Shown: in pieces, positions 43,301 to 57,229 of the stretch
Layout of the letters: each line of letters opens with the position of its first letter
How positions within the stretch are numbered: position 1 is the stretch's first letter
Source of the DNA: the human T2T-CHM13v2.0 reference genome, Homo sapiens
Reading direction: 5' to 3' (one strand)
Length of the DNA: 64,000 nt
NCBI RefSeq assembly: GCF_009914755.1
Contig: NC_060933.1
Notes under the pieces: generated by a model
What the model saw: only the letters and a program-made list of their open reading frames with translations
Database searches by the model: none
What the model was told of the DNA's origin: nothing
Program-made: the position numbers and the translations under genes

Positions 43301-46300
43301 GCGTTGATTCCATTCCATTCCATTCCATTCCATTCCATTCCATTCCATTCCATTCCTTTCCATTCCAGTCCTTTCCATTCCATTCCACTCGGGTTGATTC
43401 CATTCTATTAGTTTCCATTCCATTCCATTCGCTTCCATTCCACTCTGGTTGATTCCATTCCTTTCCATTCCACTCGAATACATTCCCTCCTATTCCACTC
43501 GGAACGATTCCATTCCATTGCATTCCATTCCATTCCATTCCATTTCGTCGCATTCCATTCTATTCCGTATCATTCCATTCCATTCCATTCCATTCCATTC
43601 CATTCCATTCCATTCCACTCGTGTTGATTCCATTCCTTTCCATTCCATTCGGTTTAAAGGCATTCCATTCCATTCCATTCCATTCCATTCCATTCCATTC
43701 TATTCGGGTTAATTCCATTCCATTCCATTCGATTGCAATCGAGTTGATTCCATTCCATTCCATTCCATTCCATTCCATTCCTTTCCATTCCATTACGGAT
43801 GATTCCACTCCATTGCATTCCATTCCATTCCATTCCCCTGTACTCGGGTTGATTCCATTCCATTCCATTCCAATCCATGCCATTCCACTCGTGTTGATTC
43901 CATTCTTTCCATTCCATTCAAGTTGAATCCATTCCATTGCATTCCATTCCATTCCATTCCCCTGCAGTCTGGTTGATTCTATTCCATTCCATTCCATTCC
44001 ATTCCATTCCATTCCGTTCCGTTCCGTTCCATTCCATTCCATTCCAATCTATTCGGGTTAATTCCATTCCATTCCATTCCATTCCATTCCATTCCATTCC
44101 AATCGAGTTGATTCCATTCCATTCCATTCCATTCCATTCCACTCCATTCCAGTCCTTTCCATTCCATTCCACTCGGGTTGATTCCAATGTATTCCTTTCC
44201 ATTCCATTCCATTCCATTGCAATCGAGTTGATTCCATTGCTTTGCATTCCATTCCATTCCATTCCATTCCGGATGACTCCATTCCATTGCATTCCATTCC
44301 ATTGCATTCCCCTGCACTCGGGTTGATTCCATTCCATTCCACTCCATTCCGTTGCATTCCATTCCATTCCATTGTATTCGGGTTAATTCCATTCCATTCC
44401 ATTCCATTCCATTCCATTCCATTCCATTACAATCGAGTTGATTCCATTCCATTCCATTCCATTCCAGTCCTTTCCATTCCATTCCACTCGGGTTGATTAC
44501 ATTCTATTAGCTTCCATTCCATTCCGTTCCCTTCCATTCCACTCTGGTTGATTCCATTCCATTCCATTCCACTCGAATACATTCCCTCCTATTCCACTCG
44601 GAACGATTCCATTCCATTCCATTCCATTCCATTCCATTCCATTCCATTCCATTTCGTTCCATTACATTCTATTCCGTATCATTCCATTCCATTCCATTCC
44701 ATTCCATTCCATTCCATTCCACTCGTGTTGATTCCATTCCTTTCCATTCCATTCGCTTTGAAGGCATTCCATTCCATTCCATTCCATTCCATTCCATTCC
44801 ATTCCATTCCATTCCATTGTACTCGGGTTGATTCCATTCCATTGCATTCCATCCCATTCCATTCCATTCCAATCCGTTGCATTCCATTCCATTACATTCG
44901 GATTGATTCTATTCAACTCCCTTACTCTCCATTACATTCCATTCCATTCGGGTTGTTCCATTCCATTCCATTCCATTCCACTCCATTCCATTGCACTCGG
45001 GTTGATTCCATTCCTTTCCATTCCATTCCATTCCATTCCGGATGATTCCATTCCATTGCATTCCGTTCCATTACATTCCCCTGCACTCGCGTTGATTCCA
45101 TTCCATTCCATTCCATTCCATTCCATTCAATTCCATTCCATTAGAATTCGTTCAATTCCATTCTATTCTGTACCATTCCATTCCATTCCATACCATTCCA
45201 TTCTATTCCATTCCATTCCATTCCATTCCATTTCGTTCCATTCCGTTCCATTCCATTCCATTCCATTCTATTCGGGTTAATTCCATTCCATTCCATTCCA
45301 TTCCATTCCATTCCATTCCATTCCATTCCATTCCAATCTATTCCATTCCATTGCAATCGAGTTGAATCCATTGCATTTCATTCCATTCCATTCCATTGCA
45401 ATCGAGTTGAATCCATTGCATTTCATTCCATTCCATTCCATTCCATTCCGGAAGATTCCATTCCATTGCATTCCATTCCATTCCATTCCCCTGCACTCGC
45501 GTTGATTCCATTCCATTCCATTCCATTCCATTCCATTCCGTTCCGTTCCGTTCCATTTCATTCCATTCCATTCCATTCCATTCCGTTCCATTCCATTCCA
45601 TTCCATTCCATTCTATTCGGGTTAATTCCATTCCATTCCATTCGATTGCAATCGAGTTGATTCCATTCCATTCCATTCCATTCCATTCCATTCCAATCGA
45701 GTTGATTCCATTCCATTCCATTCCATTCCATTCCACTCCATTCCAGTCCTTTCCTTTCCATTCCACTCGGGTTGATTCCATTCTATTCCTTTCCATTCCA
45801 TTCCATTCCATTGCAATCGAGTTGATTCCATTGCTTTGCATTCCATTCCATTCCATTCCATTCCGGATGATTCCATTCCATTGCATTCCATTTCATTCCA
45901 TTTCCCTGCACTCGGGTTGATTCCATTCCATTCCACTCCATTCCCTTCCATTCCATTCCATTCCATTGTATTCGGGTTAATTCCATTCCATGCCATTTCA
46001 TTCCATTCCATTCCATTCCATTCCATTCTATTACAATCGAGTTGATTCCATTCCATTCCATTCCACTCCATTCCATTCCATTCCAGTCCTTTCCATTCCA
46101 TTCCACTCGGGTTGATTCCATTCTATTAGTTTCCATTCCATTCCATTCCCTTCCATTCCACTCTGGTTGATTCCATTCCTTTCCATTCCACTCGAATACA
46201 TTCCCTCCTATTCCACTGGGAACGATTCCATTCCATTCCATTCCATTCCATTCCATTCCATTCCATTCCATTCCATTTCCTTCCATTCCATTCTATTCCG

Positions 46301-49300
46301 TACCATTCTATTCCATTCCATTCCTTTCCATTCCATTCCATTCCATTCCACTCTTATTGATTCAATTCCTTTCCATTCCATTCGGTTTGAAGGCATTCCA
46401 TTCCATTCAATTCCATTCAATTCCATTCCATTCCATTCCATTCCATTCCATTCCATTGTACTCGGGTTGATTCCATTCCATTCCATTCCATTCTATTCCA
46501 TTCCGTTGCATTCCATTCCATTACATTCGGACTGATTCTATTCAACTCTCTTACTCTCCATTCCATTCCATTCCATTCGGGTTGTTCCATTCCATTCCAT
46601 TCCATTCCACTCCATTCCATTGCACTCGTGTTGATTCCATTCCATTCCATTCCATACCATTCCATTCCATTCCATTCCATTCCATTCCGTTCCATTCCGT
46701 TCCATTCCATTCCATTCCATTGCAATCGAGTTGATTCCATTCCATTCCATTCAATTCCGGATGATTCCATTCCATTGCCTTCAATTCCATTCCATTCCCC
46801 TGCACTCGGGTTGATTCCATTCCATTCCATTCCATTCCATTCCATTCCATTCCATTCCATTTCATTCCATTCCATTTCGTTCCTTTCCATTCTATTCCGT
46901 ACCATTCCATTCCATTCCATTCCATTCCATTCCATTCCATTCCATGCCATTCCACTCGGGTTGATTCCATTCCTTTCCATTCCATTCGAGTTGAATCCAT
47001 TCCAATCCATTCCATTCCATTCGATTCAATTCCATTGCACACGGGTTCATTCCATTCCATTCCATTCCATTCCATTCCATTTCGTTCCATTCCATTCTAC
47101 TCCGTACCATTCCATTCCATTCCATTCCATTCCATTCCATTCCACTCCATGCCATTCCACTCGGGTTTATTCCATTCCTTTCCATTCCATTCGGGTTGAA
47201 TCCATTCCATTCCATTCCATTCCATTCGATTCCATTACATTGCACTCGGGTTGATTCCATTCCATTCCATTCCATTCCATTCCATTTAGTTCCATTCCAT
47301 TCTATTCCATACCATTCCATTCCATTCCATTCCATTCCACTCCATTCCATGCTATTCCTCTCGGGTTTATTCCATTCCTTTCCATTCCATTCGGATTGAA
47401 TCCATTCCTATCCATTCAATTCCATTCCACTCGATTCCATTACATTGCACTCGTGTTGTTTCCATTCCATTCCATTCCATTCCATTTCATTCTATTCCAT
47501 TCCATTCCATTCCATTCCATTCCATTCCATTCCATTCCATTCCATTCCATGCCATTCCACTCGGGTTGATTCCATTCCTTTCCATTCCATTCGAGTTGAA
47601 ACCATTCCATTCCATTCCATTCCATTCCATTCCATTCCAATCCATTGCACACGGGTTCATTCCATTCCATTCCATTCCATTCCATTCCATTCCATTCCAT
47701 TTCGTTCCATTCCATTCTATTCCGTAGCATTCCATTCCATTCCATTCCATTCGTTTCCATTCCATTCGGGTTGAATCCATTCCTTTCCATTCCATTCCAT
47801 TCAATTCCATTCCATTGAACTCGGGTTGATTCCATTCCATTCCATGCCATTCCATTTCATTCCGTTCCATTCCATTCCATTACATTCGGATTGATTCTTT
47901 TCAATTCCCTTACACTCCATTCCATTCCATTCCATTCGGGTAGTTTCCGTTCCATTCCATTCCATTCCACTCCATTGCATTGCACTCGGGTTGATTGACT
48001 CCATTCCATTGCATTCCATTCCATTCCATTCCATTCCGGATGAATCCATTCCATTGCATTCCATTCCATTCCATTCCCCTGCACTCGGGTTGATTCCATT
48101 CCATTCCATTCCGTTCCATTCCATTCCATTCCATTCCATTCTGTTCAGGTTAATTCCATTCCATTCCATTCCATTCCATTCCATTCCATTCCATTCCATT
48201 CCATTCCATTCCATTGCAATCGAGTTGTTTCCATTGCATTCCATTCCATTCCATTCCATTGCATTCCATTGCATTCCATTCCCCTGCACTCAGTTTGATT
48301 CCATTCCATTCCATTCCATTCCATTCCATTCCATTCCATTCCGGATGATTCCATTCCATTGCCTTCCATTCCACTCCATTCCCCTGCACTCGGGTTGATT
48401 CCATTCCATTCCATTCCATTCCATTCCATTCCATTCCATTCCATTCCATTCCATTTCGTTCCATTCCACTCTATTCCATACCATTCCATTCCATTCCTTT
48501 CCATTCCAATCCATGCTGTTCCACTCGGGTTGATTCCATTCCTTTCCATTCCATTCGAGTTGAATCCATTCCATTCCTTTCCGTTCCATTCCATTCCATT
48601 CCATTCCATTTCGTTCCATTCCATTCTATTCCGTACCATTCCATTCCATTCCATTCCATTACATTCCATTCCATTCCGTTCCATTCCATTCCATGCCATT
48701 CCACTCGGGTTGATTCCATTGCTTTCCATTCCATTTGGGTTGAATCCATTCCATTCCATTCCATTCCATTCCATTCCATTCCATTCCATTGCACTAGGTT
48801 TGATTCCATTCCACTGCATTCCATTCCATTCCATTCCATTCCGTTCCATTCCATTCCATTACATTCGGATTGATTGTATTCAATTCCCTTACACTCCATT
48901 TCATTCCATTCCATTCGGGTTGTTTCCATACCATTCCATTCCATTCTATTCCATTTCGTTCTATTCCATTCTATTCTGTACCATTCCATTCCATTCCATT
49001 CCATTCCATTCCATTCCATGCCATTCCACTTGGGGTGATTCCCTTCCTTTCCATTCCATTCGGGTTGAATCCATTCCATTCCATTCCATTCCATTCCATT
49101 CCATTCCTTTCCATTCCATTGCACACGGGTTGATTCCATTCCATTCCTTTCTGTTCCATTCCGGATGACTCCATTCCATTGCATTCCATTCCATTCCATT
49201 CCCCTGCTCTCGGGTTCATTACATTCCATTCCATTTACTTCCATTCCATTCCATTCTATTCCATTCTATTCCATTCTATTCGTGTTAATTCCATTCCATT

Positions 49301-52300
49301 CCATTCCATTCCATTCCATTCCATTCCATTGCATTCCATTGCATTCCATTGCAATCGAGTTGATTCCATTCCATTCCATTCAATTCCGGATGATTCCATT
49401 CCATTGCCTTCAATTCCATTCCATTCCCCTGCACTCGTTTTGATTCCATTCCATTCCATTCCATTCCATTCCATTTCATTCCATTCCATTTCGTTCCATT
49501 CCATTCTTTTCCGTTCCATTCCATTCCATTCCATTCCATGACATTCCATTCCATTCCATTCCTTTCCATTCTATTCGGGTTAATTCCATTCCATTCCATT
49601 CCATTCCATTCCATTCCATTCCGTTCCATTCAATTCCATTACATTCGGATTGATTCTTTTTAATTCCCTTACACTCCATTACATTCTATTCCATTCGGGT
49701 AGTTTCCATACCATTCCATTCCATTCCACTGCATTCTATTTCACTCGGGTTGATTGATTCCATTCCATTGCATTCCATTCCATTCCATTCCATTCGGGAT
49801 GATTCCATTCCATTGCATTCCATTGCATTCCATTCCCCTGTACTCGGGTTGATCCCATTCCATTCCATTCCATTCCATTCCATTCCATTCCGTTCCGTTC
49901 CATTCCATTCCCTTCCATTCTCTTCAGGTTAATTCCATTCCATTCCATTCAATTCCATTCCATTCCATTCCATTCCATTCCATGCCATTCCACTCGGGTT
50001 GATTCCATTCCTTTCCATTCCATTCGAGTTGAACCCATTCCATTCCATTCCATTCCATTGCATTCCACTCGGGTTGATTCCATTCCTTTCCATTCCATTC
50101 GGGTTGAAACCATTCCATTCCATTCCATTCCTTTCGATTCCATTCCATTTCACTCGGGTTGATCCCATTCCATTGCATTCCATTCCATTCCATTGCATTC
50201 CATTCCTTTCCATTCCATTCCATTACATTCGTATTGATTCTATTCAATTCCCTTACTCTCCATTACATTCCATTCCTTTCGGCTTGTTTCCATTCCATTC
50301 CATTCCATTCCACTCCATTCCATTTCAATCGGGTGATTCCATTCCATTCCATTGCATTCCATTCCATTCCATTCCATTCCGTATGATTCCATTCCATTGC
50401 ATTCCATTCCATTCCATTCCCTTGCACTCGGGTGGATTCCATTCTATTCCATTCCATTCCATTCCATTCCATTCCATTCTATTCGGGTTAATTTCATTCC
50501 ATTCCATTCCATTCCCTTCCATTGCATTCCATTCCATTCCATTCCATTCCATTGAAATCGAGTTGATTCCATTCCATTCCATTCCATTCCATTCCATTCC
50601 ATTCCATTCTATTCGGGTTAATTCCATTCCATTCCATTCCATTCCCTTCCATTCCATTCCATTCCTTTACATTCCGTTCTATTAGGGTTAATTCCATTCC
50701 ATTCCATTCCATTCCATTCCATTCCATTCCATTCCCCTGCACTCAGGTTGATTCCATTCGATTCCATTCCATTCCATTCCATTCCGTTCCTTTCCATTCC
50801 ATTCCATTCTATTCGCGTTAATTGCATTCCATTCCATTCCATTACATTCCATTGCAATCGAGTTGATTCCATTCCATTCCGTTCCATTCCATTCCATTCC
50901 ATTCCATGCCATTCCACTCGGGTTGATTCCATTGCTTTCCATTCCATTTGGATTGAATCCATTCCATTCCATTCCATTCCATTCCATTCCATTCCATTCC
51001 ATTCCATTCCATTGCACTAGGTTTGATTCCATTCCACTGCATTCCATTCCATTCCATTCCATTCCGTTCCATTCCATTCCATTACATTCGGATTGATTGT
51101 ATTCAATTCCCTTACACTCCATTTCATTCCATTCCATTCGGGTTGTTTCCATTCCATTCCATTCCATTCCACTCCATTCCATTGCACTCGGGATGATTCC
51201 ATTCCATTCCATTCCATTCCATTCTATTCCATTTGGTTCCATTCCATTCTATTCGGTACCATTCCATTCCATTCCATTCCATTCCATTCCATTCCATGCC
51301 ATTCCACTTGGGTTGATTCCCTTCCTTTCCATTCCATTCGGGTTGAATCCATTCCATTCCATTCCATTCCATTCCATTCCTTTCCATTCCATTGCACACG
51401 GGTTGATTCCATTCCATTCCTTTCTGTTCCATTCCGGATGACTCCATTCCATTGCATTCCATTCCATTCCATTCCCCTGCACTCGGGTTCATTACATTCC
51501 ATTCCATTTACTTCCATTCCATTCCATTCCATTCCATTCCATTCTATTCGGGTTAATTCCATTCCATTCCATTCCATTCCATTCCATTCCATTCCATTCC
51601 ATTCCATTCCATTCCATTGCAAGCGAGTTGATTCCATTCCATTCCATTCAATTCCGGATGATTCCATTCCATTGCCTTAAATTCCATTCCATTCCCCTGC
51701 AGTCGGGTTGATTCCATTCCATTCCATTCCATTCCATTCCATTTCATTCCATTCCATTTGGTTCCATTCCATTCTATTCCGTACCATTCCATTCCATTCC
51801 ATTCCATTCCATTCTATTCGGGTTAATTCCATTCCATTCCATTCCATTCCATTCCATTCCATTACATTCCATTCCATTGCAATCGAGTTCATTCCATTCC
51901 ATTCCATTCAATTCCGGATGATTCCATTCCATTGCCTTCAATTCCATTCCATTCCCCTGCACTCGGGTTGATTCCATTCCATTCCATTCCATTCCATTCC
52001 ATTCCATTCCATTCCATTTCATTCCATTCCATTTCGTTCCATTCCATTCTATTCCGTACCATTCCATTCCACTCCATTCCATTCCTTTCCATTCCATTCC
52101 ATTCCATGCCATTCCACTCGCGTTGATTCCATTCCCTTCCATTCCATTAGAGTTGAATCCATTCCATTCCATTCCATTCCATTCGATTCCATTCCATTGC
52201 ACACGGGTTCATTCCATTCCATTCCTTTCTGTTCCATTCCGGATGACTCCATTCCATTGCATTCCATTCCATTCCATTCCCCTGCACTCGGGTTCATTAC

Positions 52301-55300
52301 ATTCCATTCCATTTACTTCCACTCCATTCCATTCCATTCCATTCCATTCCATTCCATTCCATTCTATTCGGGTTAATTCCATTCCATTCCATTCCATTCC
52401 ATTCCATTGCAATCGAGTTGATTCCATTCCATTCCATTCAATTCCGGATGATTCCATTCCATTGCCTTCAATTCCATTCCATTCCCCTGCAGTCGGGTTG
52501 ATTCCATTCCATTCCATTCCATTCCATTTCATTCCATTCCATTTCGTTCCATTCCATTCTATTCCGTACCATTCCATTCCATTCCATTCCATTCCATTCC
52601 ATTCTATTCGGGTTAATTCCATTCCATTCCATTCCATTCCATTCCATTCCATTCCATTCCATTCCATTGCAATCGAGTTGATTCCATTCCATTCCATTCA
52701 ATTCCGGATTATTCCATTCCATTGCCTTCAATTCCATTCCATTCCCCTGCACTCGGGTTGATTCCATTCCATTCCATTCCAATCCATTCCATTCCATTCC
52801 ATTCCATTTCTTTCCATTCCATTTCTTTCCATTCCATTCTATTCCGTACCATTCCATTCCACTCCATTCCATTCCATTCCATTCCATTCCATTCCATTCC
52901 ATTCCATGCCATTCCACTCGCGTTGATTCCATTCCCTTGCATTCCATTAGAGTTGAATCCATTCCATTCTATTCCATTCCATTCCATTCCATTCCATTGC
53001 ACACGGGTTCATTCCATTCCATTCCATTCCATTCCCTTCCATTCCATTTCGTTACATTCCATTCTATTCCGTACCATTCCATTCCATTCCATTCCACTCC
53101 ATTCCATGCCATTCCACTCGGGTATATTCCATTCCTTTTAATTCCATTCGGGTTGAATCCATTCCATTCCATTGCATTCCATTCCATTCCATTACATTGC
53201 ACTCGGGTTGATTCCATTCCACTCCATTCCATTACATTTCATTCCATTCCATTCCATTCCATTTCATTCAATTCCATTCCATTCCATGCCATTCCACTCG
53301 TGTTGATTCTATTCCTTTCCATTCCATTACATTTCATTCCATTCCATTCCATTCCATTTCTTTCAATTCCATTCCATTCCATGCCATTCCACTCGTGTTG
53401 ATTCCATTCCTTTCCATTCCATTCGAGTTGAACCCATTCCATTCCATTCCGTTCCATTCCATTCCATTCCATTCCATTCCACTCCATTCCATGCCATTCC
53501 ACTCGGGTATATTCCATTCCTTTTAATTCCATTCGGGTTGAATCCATTCCATTCCATTCCATTCCATTCCATTTCAATCGAGTTGATTCCATTCCATTCC
53601 ATTCCATTCCATTCAATTCCGAATGATGTCATTCCATTGCCTTCCATTCCATTCCATTTCCCTGCACTCGGGTTGATTCCATTCCATTCCATTCCATTCC
53701 ATTCCATTCCATTCCATTTCGTTCCATTCCATTCTATTCCGTACCATTCCATTCCATTCCATTCCATTCCATTCCATTCCATTCCATTTCCTTCCATTCC
53801 ATTCCATTCCATTCCATTCCATTCCATTCCATTCCATTCCATTCTATTAGGGTTAATTCCATTCCATTCCATTCCATTCCATTCCATTCCATGCCATTCC
53901 ACTCGGGTTGATTCCATTCCTTTCCATTCCATTCGAGTTGAATCCATTCCATTCCATTCCATTCCATTCCATTCCATTGCACACGGGTTCATTCCATTCC
54001 ATTCCATTCCATTCCATTTCGTTCCATTCCATTCTATTCCATACCATTCCATTCCATTCCATTCCATTAGACTCCTTTCCATGCCATTCCACTCGGGTTT
54101 ATTCCATTCCTTTCCATTCCATTCGGGTTGAATCCATTCCATTCCATTCCATTCCATTCCATTCCATTCGATTCCATTACATTGCACTCGTGTTGTTTCC
54201 ATTCCATTCCATTCCATTCCATTCCATTCCATTCCATGCCATTCCACTCGGGTTGATTCCATTCCATTCCATTCCATTCGAGTCGAACCCATTGCATTCC
54301 ATTCCATTCCATTCCATTCCATTCCATTCCATTGCACACGGTTTCATTCCATTCCATTCCATTCCATTCTATTCCATTTCGTTCCATTCCATTCTATTCC
54401 GTACCATTCCATTCCATTCCATTCCATTCCACTCCATTTCATTCCATTCCATCCCATTCCACTCGGGTTTATTACATTCCTTTCCATTCCATTCGGGTTG
54501 AATCCATTCCTTTCCATTCCATTCCGTTCAATTCCATTCCATTGCACTCGGGTTGATTCCATTCCATTCCATGCCATTCCATTTCATTCCGTTCCATTCC
54601 ATTCCATTACATTCGGATTGATTCTTTTCAATTCCCTTACACTCCATTACATTCCATTCCATTCGGGTAGTTTCCATTCCATTCGATTCCATTACACTCC
54701 ATTGCATTGCACTCGGGTTGATTGATTCCATTCCATTGCATTCCATTCCATTCAATTCCATTCCGGATGATTCCATTCCATTGCATTCCATTCCATTCCA
54801 TTCCCCTGCACTCGGGTTGATTCCATTCCATTCCATTCCATTCCATTCCGTTCCATTCCATTCCATTCCATTCCATTCCATTCCATTCTGTTCAGGTTAA
54901 TTCCATTCCATTCCATTCCCTTCCATTCCATTCCATTCCATTCCATTCCATTCCATTCCATTGCAATCTAGTTGATTCCATTGCATTCCATTCCATTCCA
55001 TTCCATTGCATTCCATTGCATTCCATTCCCCTGCACTCAGGTTGATTCCATTCCATTCCATTCCATTCCATTCCATTCTATTCGGGTTAATTCCATTCCA
55101 TTCCATTCCATTCTATTCGGGTTAATTCCATTCCATTCCATTCCCTTACATTCCATAGCAATCGAGTTGATTCCATTCCATTCCATTCCATTCCATTCCA
55201 TTCGATTCAAGTCCTTTCCATTCCATTCCACTCGTTTTGATTCCATTTTATTAGTTTCCATTCCATTCCATTCCCTTCCATTCCACTCTGGTTGATTCCA

Positions 55301-56927
55301 TTCCTTTCCATTCCACTCGAATTCATTCCCTTCTATTCCACTCGGAATGATTGCATTCCATTCCATTCCATTCCATTCCATTCCATTCCATTCCATTTCG
55401 TTCCATTGCATTGTATTCCGTACCATTCCATTCCATTCCATTCCATGCCATTCCACTCGGGTTGATTCCATGGCTTTCCATTCCATTTGGGTTGAATCCA
55501 TTCCATTCCATTCCATTCCATTCCATTCCATTCCATTCCATTCCATTCTATTCCATTGCACTATGTTTGATTCCATTCCACTGCATTCCATTCCATTCCA
55601 TTCCATTCCATTCCATTCCATTCCATTCCATTCCATTCCATTACATTCGGATTGATTGTATTCAATTCCCTTACACTCCATTTCATTCCATTCCATTCAG
55701 GTTGTTTCCATTCCATTCCAATCCATTCCACTCCATTCCATTGCACTCGGGTTGATTGCATTCCATTCCATTCCATTCTATTCCATTTCCTTCCATTCCA
55801 TTCTATTCGGTACCATTCCATTCCATTCCATTCCAATCCATTCCATTCCATGCCATTCCACTTGGGTTGATTCCCTTCCTTTCCATTCCATTCGGGTTGA
55901 ATCCATTCCATTCCATTCCATTCCATTCCATTCCTTTCCATTCCATTGCACACGGGTTGGTTCCATTCCGTTCCTTTCCGTTCCATTCCGGATGACTCCA
56001 TTCCATAGCATTCCATTCCATTCCATTCCATTCCCCTGCACTCGGGTTCATTACCTTCCATTCCATTTACTTCCATTCCATTCCATTCCATTCTATTCGG
56101 GTTAATTCCATTCCATTGCATTCCATTCAATTCCATTCCATTCCATTCCATTCCATTCCATTCCATTGCAATCGAGTTGATTCCATTCCATTCCATTCAA
56201 TTCCGGATGTTTCCATTCCATTGCCTTCAATTCCATTCCATTCCCCTGCACTCGGGTTGATTCCATTCCATTTCATTCCATTCCATTCCATTTCATTCCA
56301 TTCCATTTCGTTCCTTTCCATTCTATTCCGTACCATTCCATTCCATTCCATTCCATTCCATTCCATTCCATTCCATGCCATTCCACTCGGGTTGATTCCA
56401 TTCCTTTCCATTCCATTCGAGTTCAATCCATTCCAATCCATTCCATTCCATTCGATTCCATTCCATTGCACACGGGTTCATTCCATTCCATTCCATTCCA
56501 TTCCATTCCATTCCATTCCATTCCATTCCATTTCCTTCCATTCCATTCTATTCCGTACCATTCCATTCCATCCCATTCCATTCCATTCCACTCCATTCCA
56601 TGCCATTCCACTCGGGTTTATTCCATTCCTTTCCATTCCATTCTGGTTGAATCCATTCCTTTCCATTCCATTCCATTCGATTCCATTACATTGCACTCGG
56701 GTTGATTCCATTCCATTCCATTCCTTTACATTTCATTCCATTCCACTCCATTCCATGCCATTCCACGCGGGTTTATTCCATTCCTTTCCATTACATTCGT
56801 GTTGAATCCATTCCATTCCATTCCATTCCATTCGATTCCATTACACTGCAGTCGGGTTGATTCCATTCCATTCCATTACATTACATTTCATTCCATTCCA
56901 TTCCATTCCATTCCATTCCATTCCATT
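35954..56927 (+). repeat. ~16.9-kb tandem duplication, copy 2 (lengthened to ~21 kb by the nested 4.06-kb duplication)
   Basis: Starts with CCATTGCAATCGAGTTGAATCCGTTGC as at 19064. Ends after ACACTGCAGTCGGGTTG...TACATTACATTTC (~56844-56890, matching ~35869-35915), after which the sequence continues differently (CATGCC at ~56939). Confidence 0.9.
37324..41381 (+). repeat. ~4.06-kb tandem duplication, copy B
   Basis: Apparently identical to copy A except for one missing pentamer near 39570-39610. The breakpoint lies within the pure CATTC run 37289-37323. Confidence 0.92.
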
Positions 56928-57229
56928 CCATTCCATTCCATGCCATTCCACTCGTGTTGATTCCATTCCTTTCCATTCCATTCGAGTTGAACCCATTCCA
57001 TTCCATTCCATTCCATTCCATTCCATTCCATTGCACACGGGTTCATTCCATTCAATTCCATTCCATTCCGTTCCATTCCATTCCGTTCCATTCCATTCCA
57101 TTCCATTCTGTTCAGGTTAATTCCATTCTATTCCTTTCCCTTCCATTCCATTCCATTCCATCCCATTGCAATCGAGTTGATTCCATTGCATTCCATTCCA
57201 TTACATTCCATTGCATTCCATTCCATTCC

